DNA of 64,000 nucleotides from Phoronis australis. Its lineage: Eukaryota > Animalia > Phoronida. The notes beneath the pieces are model-generated. The model ran no database searches and had not been told where the DNA came from. It was given only the letters and a program-made list of their open reading frames with translations. This document shows, one piece after another, positions 41,066-54,099 of this stretch. The DNA lies in contig NMRA01000048.1 of assembly GCA_002633005.1 (NCBI GenBank), positions 747,397-811,396 of the forward strand, in the 5' to 3' direction. Numbering within the stretch: the first letter of the stretch is position 1; every line of letters starts with the position of its first letter. The position numbers were made by a program, and so were the translations under genes.

Positions 41066-42082
41066 TCAATGAAACAATTTCTTAGAATTTTTAGCCTTTT
41101 CCATGGCAACACTTTCCTCCTTTTGCCTCTTGACAACATATTGGCGAACATCAGGTGTCACGCTCATTTTATAATGGATGTCTTTCATTCCTGGGAATGG
41201 ATTAAATCCACTATTTCCATGACGTTGGACACTAGGGAAACCATCATTTGTCATGCAGTGTGAAACTGTGATAAACAGTAAGCGATCAACAAATTCAATG
41301 AGTTCCCCTTCATATTTAAGGATGCCCTCTGAAAGTTCTCGCACACCCATGCTAACTTCTAGGTCACTTAACACCTCAATTTGGGGTGGAAAATGCTCCT
41401 GGAGCATGGCCAGCCATTTCACTTTTGGAATGACAATGGGCAAAATTTCAATATCCCATTGAACATCCACACCGCAACTTTGTAAGTCACTGATAATTTG
41501 CATATAAGGTTGATCCATTTCACTTAAGCGCTGTTTGGCATCTTCAAAATAGGGTAAGGAATTCATCTGACTAGGTCGATGAATGATAACAAGCTTTCCA
41601 GTTTTTTCCAACGTCTTTATCATGTTTTCGTAGCAGTCTTTGGGGCTAGAGAAAAATGAAATAGCATCTTTAACCAAAATTCGATCGAACATTGGTTTAT
41701 CACTCACAAAGCAGTTTTTGCCTTCTTTTTTAAAGTAATCTTCAGCTCCCACATTTGCAATACGAACTGGAAGTTTTCTATTGTACGGTGTTTCCTCGTA
41801 ATGAAACTGTCCTGGCAAAATTGTTACCATTGGCTCCAAAAGACAAAACTTCTCCTGAATCAATGGGGCAAAGCTGCCTTTGGCTTCTCCGACGTAGCAA
41901 AACTTATGATAGGTATCCAGTTCCAAATATTTGTGAATAAGCTGGTACATTTTTTCCTCGTACTCCTCACCCAGACTAAATCTTTCTCGATCGGCATAAT
42001 AAGGAATATTTAACTTGTCCTGATAGGCTTCAGAAATCACTGAAAATGGCCTTGGGCTCTCCGGACCAAAATACGCCGCCAT
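41066..42082 (-). CDS. Intronless class I SAM-dependent methyltransferase-fold protein (degenerate motif I), 338 aa
   Basis: Longest ORF in window, good start context (aaaATGG). FCYVGEAKG at motif-I position, FDRILVKDAISFF, LEKTGKLVIIHRP and C-terminal FVDRLLFI resemble Methyltransf_11/25-type folds. Confidence 0.85.
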   Translation of the reverse strand: MAAYFGPESPRPFSVISEAYQDKLNIPYYADRERFSLGEEYEEKMYQLIHKYLELDTYHKFCYVGEAKGSFAPLIQEKFCLLEPMVTILPGQFHYEETPYNRKLPVRIANVGAEDYFKKEGKNCFVSDKPMFDRILVKDAISFFSSPKDCYENMIKTLEKTGKLVIIHRPSQMNSLPYFEDAKQRLSEMDQPYMQIISDLQSCGVDVQWDIEILPIVIPKVKWLAMLQEHFPPQIEVLSDLEVSMGVRELSEGILKYEGELIEFVDRLLFITVSHCMTNDGFPSVQRHGNSGFNPFPGMKDIHYKMSVTPDVRQYVVKRQKEESVAMEKAKNSKKLFH

Positions 42083-42099
42083 TTTATATCCAAGCCGGT

Positions 42100-42560
42100 T
42101 AACGTAAACACGGAGTCGGAGTGGACGATTTTCTCAATCACCGATGGGGATAATCAGATTCAATTCTCTTCGGTAATTCACAAGTACATAATTGGTAACT
42201 TCTAACCCTTGTCGCGTCAAACAATAACGGCATGCAATAGTTAGGAAAGTAGAAATCACAGGATAGTCTCGTTGCTAAGACTGCAGCGACTGGAGCGCGA
42301 AACGTCGGGAATCGTAGCTGTAGATCTAATCTCTTTCTCGGTTTTTACCTGCCATCTGTTTACTGGTAATCTCGTGTCTCAATTTTGATAAGACCTTGAA
42401 CAACCAGGGAAATATTGATGAACACGTGTAATGCAGGACTTTGGCCTGTGTCCAGCAGCTGAGCGTACACACGGCAGGAAATTCGCTCCGTTCCGCAGTT
42501 GGCGTAAACATTGAAATAGTTCACATAACCGACACTAGTAGTGCTGTTGACGTGAGAAGA
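42100..42560. promoter_or_regulatory. Putative bidirectional promoter (methyltransferase-fold gene / N6AMT1)
   Basis: Locally CpG-richer than flanking introns; RFX half-site CGTTGCTAAG at 42270-42279; divergent ATGs at 42082 and 42653. Confidence 0.45.
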
Positions 42561-42652
42561 GACCAAACTTGAAAGCGTTATACATTAGTTTATATTTTAG
42601 TAAATGTCTGGATGCTGTTGAGGTCAAGACGAAAGACAATATTCTTTAAATT

Positions 42653-42686
42653 ATGACAGTTTGTCACGTTCTGGGAGAAGGGAAAA
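42653..42686 (+). CDS. Candidate first coding exon of N6AMT1 (MTVCHVLGEGK, phase-1 donor)
   Basis: ATG at 42653, strong A|GTGAGT donor at 42687, phase 1 matches acceptor at 61205; lies next to the CpG-richer promoter-like region at 42100-42550. Confidence 0.4.
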
Positions 42687-45600
42687 GTGAGTATTAATGT
42701 TCTTTTACCATGGCTATGCCCCTTTTTTAGAAATTTGTGGTCTGATATCCGAAATGTCTCACATTAAAACTCGAAACAAGTGTTGTACTTCGCACTTGCT
42801 TCTTCTGTGCTGTGGCTGTGGTACTAGTTGTTCAGACGTAGTGGCAGTGTACTAGTAGTATTAGCAGTCGTGTGTGTGTGTCTCTCTAACCTATGTGATA
42901 TTGTGAAAAATTGTGTTTGACCAGTTTGGTTAGATTGCAATGTTCATTTGATAAAATATTTACTCTTTTGCTGTCATAATGTATGTGAAATTAAGGCTTT
43001 TTGTGTTGGCAGTTTTCCAGAACATTGACCTCATAGTCATATAACAGTGCATTGTACTCAGCTCTCAAGTCTCCATGCACTTGGGTAGTTTCCATAAGAG
43101 ACTCATGTACATTTCCTGTGGCTTCTTGATTCTGTACGACATACCTTGTCAACATATCTGAGGCTCAATGTGGAAATCAGAAGTCAAAAATATTTGTGAT
43201 GTCTCCTAGTATTAAAGCACTTTATTATTCTGTGCTCAGGTAACAAGATTTTGCTCCATGTTTGTTCTTGATGACCTCAATATTCAGCTACAAACTAGAC
43301 ATTTCGAGTAAAACCTCAAAACTGTCTTATTATACCTAAATAAATTGTTAATTGAGATCACTTACCATTAATTATGAATTTGATCTTAAATTGTTGCTTA
43401 GTCATAATGAAGGTGTTTTCAAGACTTGGAAAGAACTGACTGTTTGTTATTTCTTTAGACCAGTCTGCACAAGCTCACTTGTTGAGACTTGTTAGTAGTC
43501 ATCCTATGCGCCGAGCGTTGGTCTAACCAACTGTCAGGTCCTTACATACCCCATCATCACTTCTCGTCTCAGTTACGAACAAGTTGAGATCAATTCCATA
43601 GGGGCCGGAGGTCTAAATTTAAAAATTTCTTCGTGGTTGACATGCAGGTTTCCTTGTCCCATTCCAATCTTAGTGGTATGTTTGCTTTAAAATAGGTGTT
43701 GGGCAGGAGCTTGAATTTGGCGGTGGAGTAAGAATTTTTCACCTTGGTAAAAATACAATTTAAACTGAAAAAGGGACAATGATAAAACGACCACTTTCTT
43801 CAGTGATCATAACCTCAATAAAATATATGTTGGTGCGATTGAAGACAAGTTTCACAAAGAATTCCAACTCCAGTTCTTGTCTCCATTATATTTATCTTAG
43901 GACATTATGGACACAACTGTGTTTGTGAAATAAATTCCCCTCACTGGGAATCCACCCTAGACCAGCTTTGAGGTGAACTTGCCATTGTGTCATCCAAACT
44001 GTGTACGTTGCTCCTTATAAGTGGCTTCTCTCAGTGGATACAAATCTGTTGCTGTAATTTGTGAAACTGAATTGAAGTGCAATATGCAAGACCACTCTTA
44101 GTTGTAATGACCCATATTGTTCATGCTGACTATCATGGGCAGCGCAGCACTGAAAAAATTGGGGAGGCTATAGCCCCCCCCCCAGCCTCCCTGTGGTGCA
44201 CTGCCCATAGATCGTGGGCGATGCAGCACTGAAAGAAGTGGGGGACTATAGTGCCCCCAGCCCCCTATAGTGTGCCGCCCATGCCCATTGTATACCATCA
44301 CGCAGTTACCTGTGCGATTTTGTTTATATCCTCTCTGCAGTCTGTATCATACCATTGACGAAGAGTGCATTGCTTCAAATGTGAATAATATTTTAATATA
44401 TATTAGTACCGACTATTTTTACTACTAAATATTCTCTGAGAATATGCATATTACTGCTGATTACTGAGATAATTGCTATAAATTGTTTCTAGACTGAGAT
44501 GCACTCGTAATCATGTTACTAAACTAAGATGCACTCGTAATCATGTTACTGTTACTAAACCTTTTTGTTAGTATATGTGAAGTGGAAGCTGAGATCAAAT
44601 TTCTGTCTTAAATCTTAAGTCACTTTCATGAAACAGAGCCCTGTCTAGAACAAAAATGCGCCCCAGTCGGCCAATTTTGTTTTATCTTTGTCATTTCCCT
44701 GATAGCTTGACCTGTTTTGTGTGTGGACATAATATTAAAGTCATTGAATGATATGACATTATGTGGAATCCCTGAGCATGCCGTGTGACCCGCTGTAGTA
44801 CTGTAGACGGCAACTGTTGCACCTGAACCAACTCCTTGTCTCCAGTTCATGATATCGGACTGAGACTCCTATTCAGATAGATGTATGGAATGTGTAGTCT
44901 TGTTGTGCCCAGAGTCTGGTGTGATAGTCTCAAAGTGACTTTGGCTTTACATTTAATAGGTGTCAATCTTCTATCAGTTTAGTCCATAAGATGGCCAACA
45001 AGTGGCTTTACATTTAAAAGTGTCAATCTTCTATCAGTTTAGTCCATAAGATGGCCAACAAGTGAAGTTTCCTTTTTCCCAAGTGCTCAACTAACCACAG
45101 CTACTAACATTCAACGTTTTTTGACATTTGCAGCTTTGTCTGAGTCCATTGAAAGATGAAAAGATCATGAAATTGTGCAATTATTTTAGTCTGAAGTTGA
45201 TGAGATTTTACTATAACTTCACGTTCTAACTTGAATTCATACCAATGTTTCTGTACAAAAAATATCACTGTACTATTATCTCTGCAATGAGAGTTGATTG
45301 TGCTTGTTCCTCAAAAAGCTGTAGAAACGGATTCATGGACAACGTGGAGGGGAATTGGGGTTACCATACTATCTTGTTTTGCATGGAAACTCGTTTGTAT
45401 ATTTTTAAGTAGAATGACTTTTGCAGTTTTTTATGTTTATAAATAGTAGTTTTCATTAACAAACCAATTTCCTGCGAAACCTCACAAGATGCTCAATCAC
45501 AAAATATCCTTTTCACGATATGACGTCAAAACTTGATATTTGTAAGGTGTGGGCTGTTGGTCATTTTCAAATTGAATTTTTTATGAAACTCTTTTAATTA

Positions 45601-48600
45601 TGAATTAAAGACACTGATCTTGACTGATACAAGATTTGTAAAAGAACTGAAGTGTTAAACATCGTGGTTAGAGAGGTGCCCATATGGTTAACCAAGTAGT
45701 TGCCTTAAAAGGACATTGAGCTCATATTAGGAATTACTGTTTGATGGGTTAGACTTCTTTAAGTTTTTGAGTTTGACGAGAACCGTATAAAAACAAAATC
45801 TGTTGTGTTTTGTTATTTTATTTCAAGTCGCCTAATATTGCAGTTGTTGCCAGAAACTCCTTGGAATCAAGACAGGTGGCATTACTTGTGGTAGTAACTT
45901 ATCTATTACTTAACTTATTTATTACTTAATTATGATATCCACCCATATTTTGACACGTACTTGTTTTCTATCAACTGTGAGATTTTAAAAGTACTATAAC
46001 CCATTTCTAAATGTGGCAATAACCAAGTCTGGTGTCTGGTGTGAACAGCCTGTCAGACCTTGACTGTCTGTGACCTATTGCTTTACAACCTGCACTGGCC
46101 AGAGGTCATTTGCATGAAGAAATGTCTGGGTCTTTTTCCACTTGAGCAAATGAGGGCGTTACTAAGGGTCAACCCAATGTCATGACCTGTCTGAAAAGCA
46201 TAATAATCTGGACAAGAAAGAAACAGTTGTAACACCTACACTACACTTCATGAAAATTATAATACAAATATTTCGCTTGAACAAGATTTTTGTAATGAAA
46301 TCCTCCATTGGAAATTGGTAGGTGTTTGTAAAGGCTGAATATGATTAGTTTTGTCATCCTGGGTCCAGACTGGCTTTTTCTCATAATCTACGGGGTTGAG
46401 ATTACCAGAACACCTCGAATACTAGTGTAATTTCACATTTCACGTTTTTGTTGCATGTTGGGCATGAATTTTCTTTGTCAGAGATGCTTTATTATTTTAA
46501 CCTTTTCTGAAACTTTTGACCATTTGCACATAGCAGCCATGACCGATATTGTCAAATGGCACACTAGGCACCAATGTCAGTTTAAACTTGTCTTTTGTAT
46601 AGTGTTTTAGAAAGAACTACAGTTCATCTGTCTAGACATGTTGTTGTAACTATACTGGTGCAGCTCAGGTCAGAACACTCTGATCAGGTGATCCTTGTTT
46701 GAATAATGAGACATTGACTTACTGTAAACGTTCGGGTTAACGCCCTGGGCGGTTAAATTGGCAAACCCAAAAAATCGGGGGTGGGCGGCTAACCGAACAT
46801 GGGCGCTTATTACGACAGGCAAGCGCCCTGGGCGGTTAATCTTACCTCGTGATCTAAGTACCCATACCACACACGTAGGCCTACTCGGAACGCGTAGCAC
46901 TTTTTAAAGAGCGTTATCGTCACGTCACCACATGACAGGAAAATATCATAACAGCGGATGATCCTAACAAAGGTTATCATGCCCTCAGATTAGTTATTCT
47001 CTACTAAATTTACAGAAGTGCTGAGTAATAGTCCCGTGCCATCCTGCGGTCTTGTTATTTAGCCCTGTAAAGCGCACTGCGCAGACGACCAGTGACCACG
47101 CAGCCTCTACTTGGATTGCAACTATTTCATCTTGCTAAAGTGTGCGCGTGCAAGCTTCACGTGTTGCAGAGGTCACAGCAGACATCAAATTTATGGTTAC
47201 AGTCTTGTACTAGCTGCCAAGTTCATAGTCAGAGAGCAGTTTTAAAATTGGTTGTAATAAAAGTTTGAAAACCTTAATTCAGATGTTTTTTGTGCTTGGG
47301 ATGTTTATAGTCAACAGTCCGGGACTTAATGACATTTTCAGCGTATGGTTCTGTGGCTTGTTGTTTTATCTCGACTGCCCGGCATTGCTCACTTGCCATT
47401 GCACCAAACATGCTCGGCAAAGAAGTAGGCCCAAGACAAGAATCGGGGTTAAGCGGCCGTGTGCCACTCGTCAATCAAGAATAAAATTTCGAGCCATGGC
47501 ATAAATATGTGATAAAACACTACAAAACAGCGATATTTCAATTCATAAACGATCACCTTACCAAACTTCGTGGTGGAAAAACATTTATTTTTCATGCAAG
47601 ATGTCCAGATTATCCTATTTATATCACTTGCAATATCGCACTGCGGCACTGTTCGGTCCCGTTGTTAGCGCGCAATGTCTCAGTCGGCTGACAATCATGA
47701 CTTGGAAATGCCGTCAAGTAATATAACGACCTCTTTCAATATGCATCTCGTTTTTTATGGCCAAAGATAGCGGCCGGATTCAGCACGCGCATAGGGCCTA
47801 CGTGCGAGTCACCTGTCAATCACATGTTGGTGTCAAGGTAACATGCACCCCAAAGTGTGGGAACTTGCGCGTGGGCACCACTACAAAGTCACACATCAAA
47901 AGAGAATATATATTAAGCGACAGTCCTAAGTAACAGAAACGGGCGTGACTATATACTTTTAACCATTGTCACATTTCTCTGGCCTGATTTTTTCGAATAT
48001 ATGTTTTATCAAGTGCACTGCAGACAAAAACTCAGTGCGGCAGACAAAGTCGCTGAAAGCGGAGGTTTTGACGCCGGCGGCGTTCTTAAACTTTGCAAAC
48101 ATGGGAAGAAAATAAAGTGACAAAAACGTTCAAGTATTATATTTTGATGTGAGTCCATGANAAAAAAAAAAAACAGACTTAGTGGAAGAGCAACATACTT
48201 GGCGAAATTTATTTCGCCAAGTAATAATTAATAACTACGGTAGACATTTTGTCACTTAGCTTGTGCTAAATTCAAATCCAGTTAGAATGTCACTGGGAAT
48301 CATATGGCCATGCGTACAGACTTAGTTAGCACTTAAAAAGTCAATGATCTTTATTTCAGTGATAAATGTGAGTTATTTCCTTCATTTATAGCTGTTGTTC
48401 TCTGGAACTGATTCCATAAGCATGCTACACTGATCCAACTAGTTCAAGGGGTTCAGATGGATGGAAAGTTCTGTATGACAAATTATCCTTTTTAATGAGT
48501 AAATTTTAAGATGTCACATTGCTAGCAGCTGGTTATAGCACAATATTTGGACTCACTGTTGTGGTGAGTTACATAGTTAGGGTGTAGACCTACAGTTTGC

Positions 48601-48869
48601 ATTACGTGGTTCTAAGACAGCTGAGTTCTTACTTAGTTATTGATAAATGTTTATGGTATTACAGTATATCATTTTTCAATGGTAGTATTGTAATGTCTCA
48701 TATGCACATTCTGAAAATTACGTGTTGCACAAACAGTCACGAACATGAAAAGATGAGTTAAAATTTGGGAACTTGCTACCTACATGTTTTGCCTAGTTAG
48801 CATGCAAAATGGTGGAAAAGTATTAAAAGATAATTCTACTTGATAATTTACCTAAGACACGCAGTTCCT

Positions 48870-49000
48870 ATACTACTGAAGAAGGCACACAGGTCCTGTA
48901 CTACTGACATAAGGCACACAGTACATGTACTACTGACATAAGGCACACAGTACATGTACTACTGACATAAGGCACACAGTACATGTACTACTGACATAAG
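48870..49000. repeat. 29-bp tandem repeat x~4
   Basis: TACTACTGACATAAGGCACACAGTACATG units. Confidence 0.85.
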
Positions 49001-50478
49001 TTAAAGCATGGTAGGAATTTCAATCTTTGAAGAAAAGAAAAATTGAAACTGAAGCACATTGTATAGCCTTTATATTACTGGTGATGTTTTGACACCAGAA
49101 TGTGTGGACCAGTGCCAGGAAAACTTTCCATTGCATGCTTGACCTTTATTGAGATTACGAAGGTCAACCAGACAGTTCTAACTTTGGTATTCAAAGTCTA
49201 GTTGGGAATTTGGTTCTAAACATTCATATCACCTGGGTCCAGGTCACATCAATTAAAAAATTACGTACTTGGTGGGTTGGCCCTTTTCTCAACATGGGCG
49301 ACATGATGGCAATGTAGCAGATTTGTATCTTGGAGCATTCATTTGATGGTCGGAGAAAAATTATGAATCCTGCACCATTGCCAGCTTATCTGGTTTTCTT
49401 GACATTGACAAACTACAGTTTTTCTTCAAAAAGGAAATGAAACCTCAATTATTTCTGTCTCAAGTGTTGTTATTTTGAAATTGAGAAGTGTTAGTTAGCA
49501 TGGAGTTGAGAAATTCTACCAAGAAGTCACTTTAAAAGTTATTGTGTTGTGGTGGAGATTGCCCTTGAAATAATCTTGTTATTAGCATGATAAGTGTGAC
49601 TGTATGATTATAACTGTCATTATTGCTTGTTGATCTGAAGTTATATTTAGACTCTGTCCTCTACTGACAAGTTCAAAAGTTGTCATAATAGCCTCGACTA
49701 AAATCTCACCAATTCAGGACAAAATATTTGGACAACAAGTGAAATTTTACTTGTTTTTTCTATGAAACATACGTAGCACCAAGTTCAATGTTATCCCATG
49801 TTCAACTTTTGTACTACGTCTGCCATCAGAGGTTTGAGACGTAAGTATTCATGCAGCAATGTTAGACGTACTTGAAAAATGAAAAAAATGCATTTTTGCC
49901 AATGATTTTTGGCAAAAATTAATGAGATTTAACAGTAATATGCATAGGAAGACAACATGATACAAACTGTGACACCAGATGGCGTTGAACACTGCCTACT
50001 TATTATGAGTCCCGTGTAAGGTCAAAAAGAGCATAGTTGTTTTTTTGAAAATCAATTCAATGGTATGGTATCTTTTTAGTTTTGTACTTCACTTCTTTTT
50101 AATTCTCATGACGCATGTTTGCCTCATTTGAAAGGAAGGGTGTTCAAGTGGCTTGTGCAAAAAGTAAGGCAAGAATTAAGCTTTCGTGTTAATTGTGAAC
50201 TCTGCCTGGCTTGCCCAAAACATGAAGGAGTTGTTGCTGACACTGCGCTTAAAGAGTTTTACTGCAGCACTTTTAAAGGCTCCTCTACTGAACTGCTTTG
50301 ACTTGAGCTGGAGTTAATGATTTTGAGAAGTAAATGAATGGTTACCTCGTGATTCAAGAGTGAACAAAATTTGTTTGTTTATAAAATGCCTACTGCCCGC
50401 TTGTGTGATTGTGCTCTGACGTCAACAGTCTGAGATTTAAGTTTTGGTTAGGGGTAGTGCATTAATTCTCTTTACTAC

Positions 50479-50573
50479 ATGTATGTATGTATGTATGTAT
50501 GTATGTATGTATGTATGTATGTATGTATGTATGTATGTATGTATGTATGTATGTATGTATGTATGTATGTATG
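50479..50573. repeat. (ATGT)n microsatellite
   Basis: Direct reading. Confidence 0.95.
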
Positions 50574-51240
50574 CTACAAAAATGTTTTGACACATGAGAT
50601 AAAAAGCATACATGAGCTGGTGTAGTGTAGATTGCATGAGCTGACTCTGTAAAGATAATCTGGAGCACTGTTGCAGTGTACTAGTTATTTATCAGCTAAT
50701 TTGTCAGTTTTAGTAGGCTATAAATATGGAGGTGGTTAACCTCTCTGGGGAGAGATATCTCACATCAATTTTTTGTTTTACCTAGAAAATTATATTCCTA
50801 GATGTTTATTTCCTGTAGGCTTTTAAGTTACTTTTGAAAGTCTGAAATTGTCTAAACATGCTTACAAGGAGAATTCATCTTACTTCAAAAATCAGGGATA
50901 TTTTGTTTGTTTATGAATATTTTGACATTCCAAAATTGAAGGCCCACCTTTGTACATCAGGGATATGTCTCTATTATGTGCATTGAACCTTTACGCTGTT
51001 ATTTGTAGTACCGGTAATAGTATTTGACCGTTTTCATCAATTAAGGTACTTTCACTAATTTGAATAAACTCCATTCGCATTTTCCAAGAAGCTCCAAGGG
51101 ATTTTTTGGAAATGTGGTCAACTTCAATTAGGATTTCTTAATTATGTGATATCAGTTTTTGCCACAAAGGAAATGACAAAGCGTTTGGACGATCTCATTC
51201 ATGTTCAGGTATATCAGGCGTATTCAGTGATTTACTGAAG

Positions 51241-52870
51241 TTAAAGAGGTCGATTCACAGCTATTTAGTTGTAGTTAATATGTATACACATGTGTTGACT
51301 GTCAATAAAAATTGCTTATAAACCATATTTCTTTTTATTTCATTAAATCCATATTCTTCGTGTAAAACACGCTCCCACAAAATTTCGAGAACAGAAAATT
51401 TTGAACTTCGACTATCTTCGGAAACACGTCACGTCCGGAAGCGGACCCGATCACTGCCGAGTCTGTCCATAGGTTTGTACTGGGACTATCTTGCACAAAT
51501 GGAAGCTTTCTGTTTGTTAGAATGGGTTTATTATGCAAATTTTGCCAATTAATTCTCTGAAATGTGACACATATGCACATGGTCTTGTGTGTTGCCATAA
51601 ACATTTCACAGTAGTTAGCAATGAGTCCTCAATAAAGTGTTCGAGTACAGCTGCACGTCTTTCGCACTGTCTGTCTACGCACGACGTATCACTGTTGTTG
51701 TGTGGCAATTGGAATACTTATTTCGACATTAAACACATTTTTATACTTCAACTCAATTAAAAATTTGAAGAACAATGCCGGACTGTTGTGTGATTGGAGG
51801 CTGTGACAATGTGTCAGGGTCTGGGCCTGGGGTGTCATTACATAGGTTTCCCACTAACCCCAGACTGCGTCGCAGGTGGGAAGACTTCTTGAGGTCCACG
51901 AGAAAATTTAGTGGAGCGTCGCCGTATTCAGTGATATGGAGTAAACATTTTTTCTGCAGACTGTTTCGAGGTCGACAGCCTGCAATCGCAGTATGGTTGG
52001 AAACCAAGGTAAGTGAAATTGTAGATAATCAAAACTGTACATGCTGTCGCTTTGCCAAAGCTAGTAGGCCTTGGGCCACACTAGTAAGCGAACAACATTA
52101 CTAATGGCGTATAACATCGAAGGACACTGTCGGAAGCCGCTTTTCTTTTGAATTACGATTTTTGCAACATAATTGTGTGTAGTTGCTTGAATGCTTCTTA
52201 CCTGTCGTATTTTTGCAATTAAATAAACATTATGGGGATTAAATTAATTCGAGTGCGGGTGATTTTTAATGGTTTCGACCCCCTCTCTGTTCAGTAATTA
52301 CTAAAAATAGATATAAAATTAAAAATAAGCTTTTGTTATAAAATGCAAATTGCAATCCATAACCTACAACAAAACTTATCCCACCTTGCTTTCAACCTAC
52401 GCAAATCAAGAAACGTAGGACAAAACGGCAAATAGTCTTGCATATCGAATTTCATCCGTCTGCTAGTCCCGATGTTTGAATTTGCTTTTTATTTAACTTG
52501 AAGTACCGGGTATTATAAATAAATCGAAAATAAACATATTCGCATTCAAACTCGCAGCATTGTTTTTGTTTTCCATTTACCTAACATGATAAAACGTCTG
52601 AAGTTGTGCGGTCATTGTCTTCGGGATCCGCCGCTGTCTCTTCATCCAAAGCGACCGGGACACTTGCAGGCACTGGTTCGAACCTGCAGGGCCTGTTTAT
52701 GTTGTCAAGAACACGCTCACGATGGTTGTTGTGCATATTGTCTGTCCGACGCTTCATCGTCACAAAAGATTTTCTAAAATTTCCTCGTCGTTGGAAGGCT
52801 TGTCGCTAAAGCTTTCGTAATCCATGTTGGTTTCTGCCTTCGTTCATTCCTACAACACAGTTGTCTTCCA
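51241..52870. mobile_element. Kolobok-like non-autonomous DNA transposon relic (THAP exon + convergent KolX-like exon)
   Basis: Begins TTAAAG; plus-strand THAP domain and minus-strand acidic ORF with RPCRFEP motif, each ending near a splice donor. Right end not resolved. Confidence 0.55.
51775..52007 (+). pseudogene. THAP zinc-finger exon of a transposase, degenerate
   Basis: MPDCCVIGGC...SLHRFP.NPRLRRRW...VIWSKHF: C2CH THAP signature with third Cys replaced by Trp; donor gtaagt at 52008. Confidence 0.8.
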
Positions 52871-53329
52871 CTGGACATCACAGATGCTTATGTAACCGCC
52901 TAGTCTGTTTTCAGAATTGACTTGGCTGAAGTGGGAGAAAGTCATTACTGCTGGGCTTATCTAATTAATCACGCTGTGCGGACAGTAACTAGCCCAAGTA
53001 ATGGGCTCCTGCAATGCTATTCTTTGAGTTGAAAAGCAGTTGTTGTGGTGTAAAACTATATCTTTAAATCTGATATTGTTTGTGTAAATGTATTGCTTAA
53101 AAGTTTTATTCTTTCTTGTGCATCCATTCAGGAATACCTTTAAAAATCACTTTGGCACATTGTTACATGGATTGGGTTGGCAGGAGCATCAATTTGAAAT
53201 GTTTTACCTGAATCATTTTAGCTAAGGTGGTTTAGCATTAAACTTTGTTCTGTTTGGAAACACTTCAAAAACATTTTAAGTGGGTTGAATAGCAGTTGCT
53301 GATTGTCTTACAAAATGCTCTTAGCAGTG

Positions 53330-53550
53330 TGTATTTATGTGATGCGTGTATTTATGTGACGCATGCATTTATGTGACGCGTGCATTTATGTGACGCGTGC
53401 ATTTATGTGACGCGTGCATTTATGTGACGCGTGCATTTATGTGACGCGTGCATTTATGTGACGCGTGCATTTATGTGACGCGTGCATTTATGTGACGCGT
53501 GCATTTATGTGACGCGTGTATTTATGTGATGCGTGCATTTATGTGATGCG
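53330..53550. repeat. 17-bp tandem repeat x~13
   Basis: ATTTATGTGACGCGTGC units. Confidence 0.95.
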
Positions 53551-54099
53551 ACAACATCAAGCACTAATGTACGTGAGCTTTATCCTGCTTTTTAATAGAA
53601 AACGGCAGTACTATTATGTTTATGTGTGTGCGACATGTTAAATGTTCTACTTAAAATGCTTTGCTGTCACATAGCACATTTTAAAACGTTTCAAGTTAAA
53701 ACTTTGGAAATGCTCGTATGAATAGACCTTTAGCCTATTTTTTTTAGCATTCATTTCTGGTGAGACCAGCACACCTAACATTTAGTGCGCTGTTGATTGT
53801 AGTGTGTTCAACTGTTGGCTGTGACCAGCATCATGTTCTCATTCTTTGTAGAGAAATGTGGTTGTAAACAACATTGTACCCAGTGACTTCTTTTGGCTGA
53901 CATACATGTTGGAGGTCTTGTTGACAAAAGCAAGTTTTCAGGTGATCTATGACACATGCCCTGACTTGTAGCCAGTTGATTGGCAACTAGATATCTAAGC
54001 TATGACTCTGAAAAGCAGGGTATGTTTTAGGGTTGTGCCTTTTGCATTCTTTTGTTTTTGAGCTAGGCAATGAACTCTGTCAGAGTTTGAAACACAACT

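Noticed and set aside
50437-50668. IHTY-repeat ORFs
   Set aside because: (ATGT)n microsatellite.
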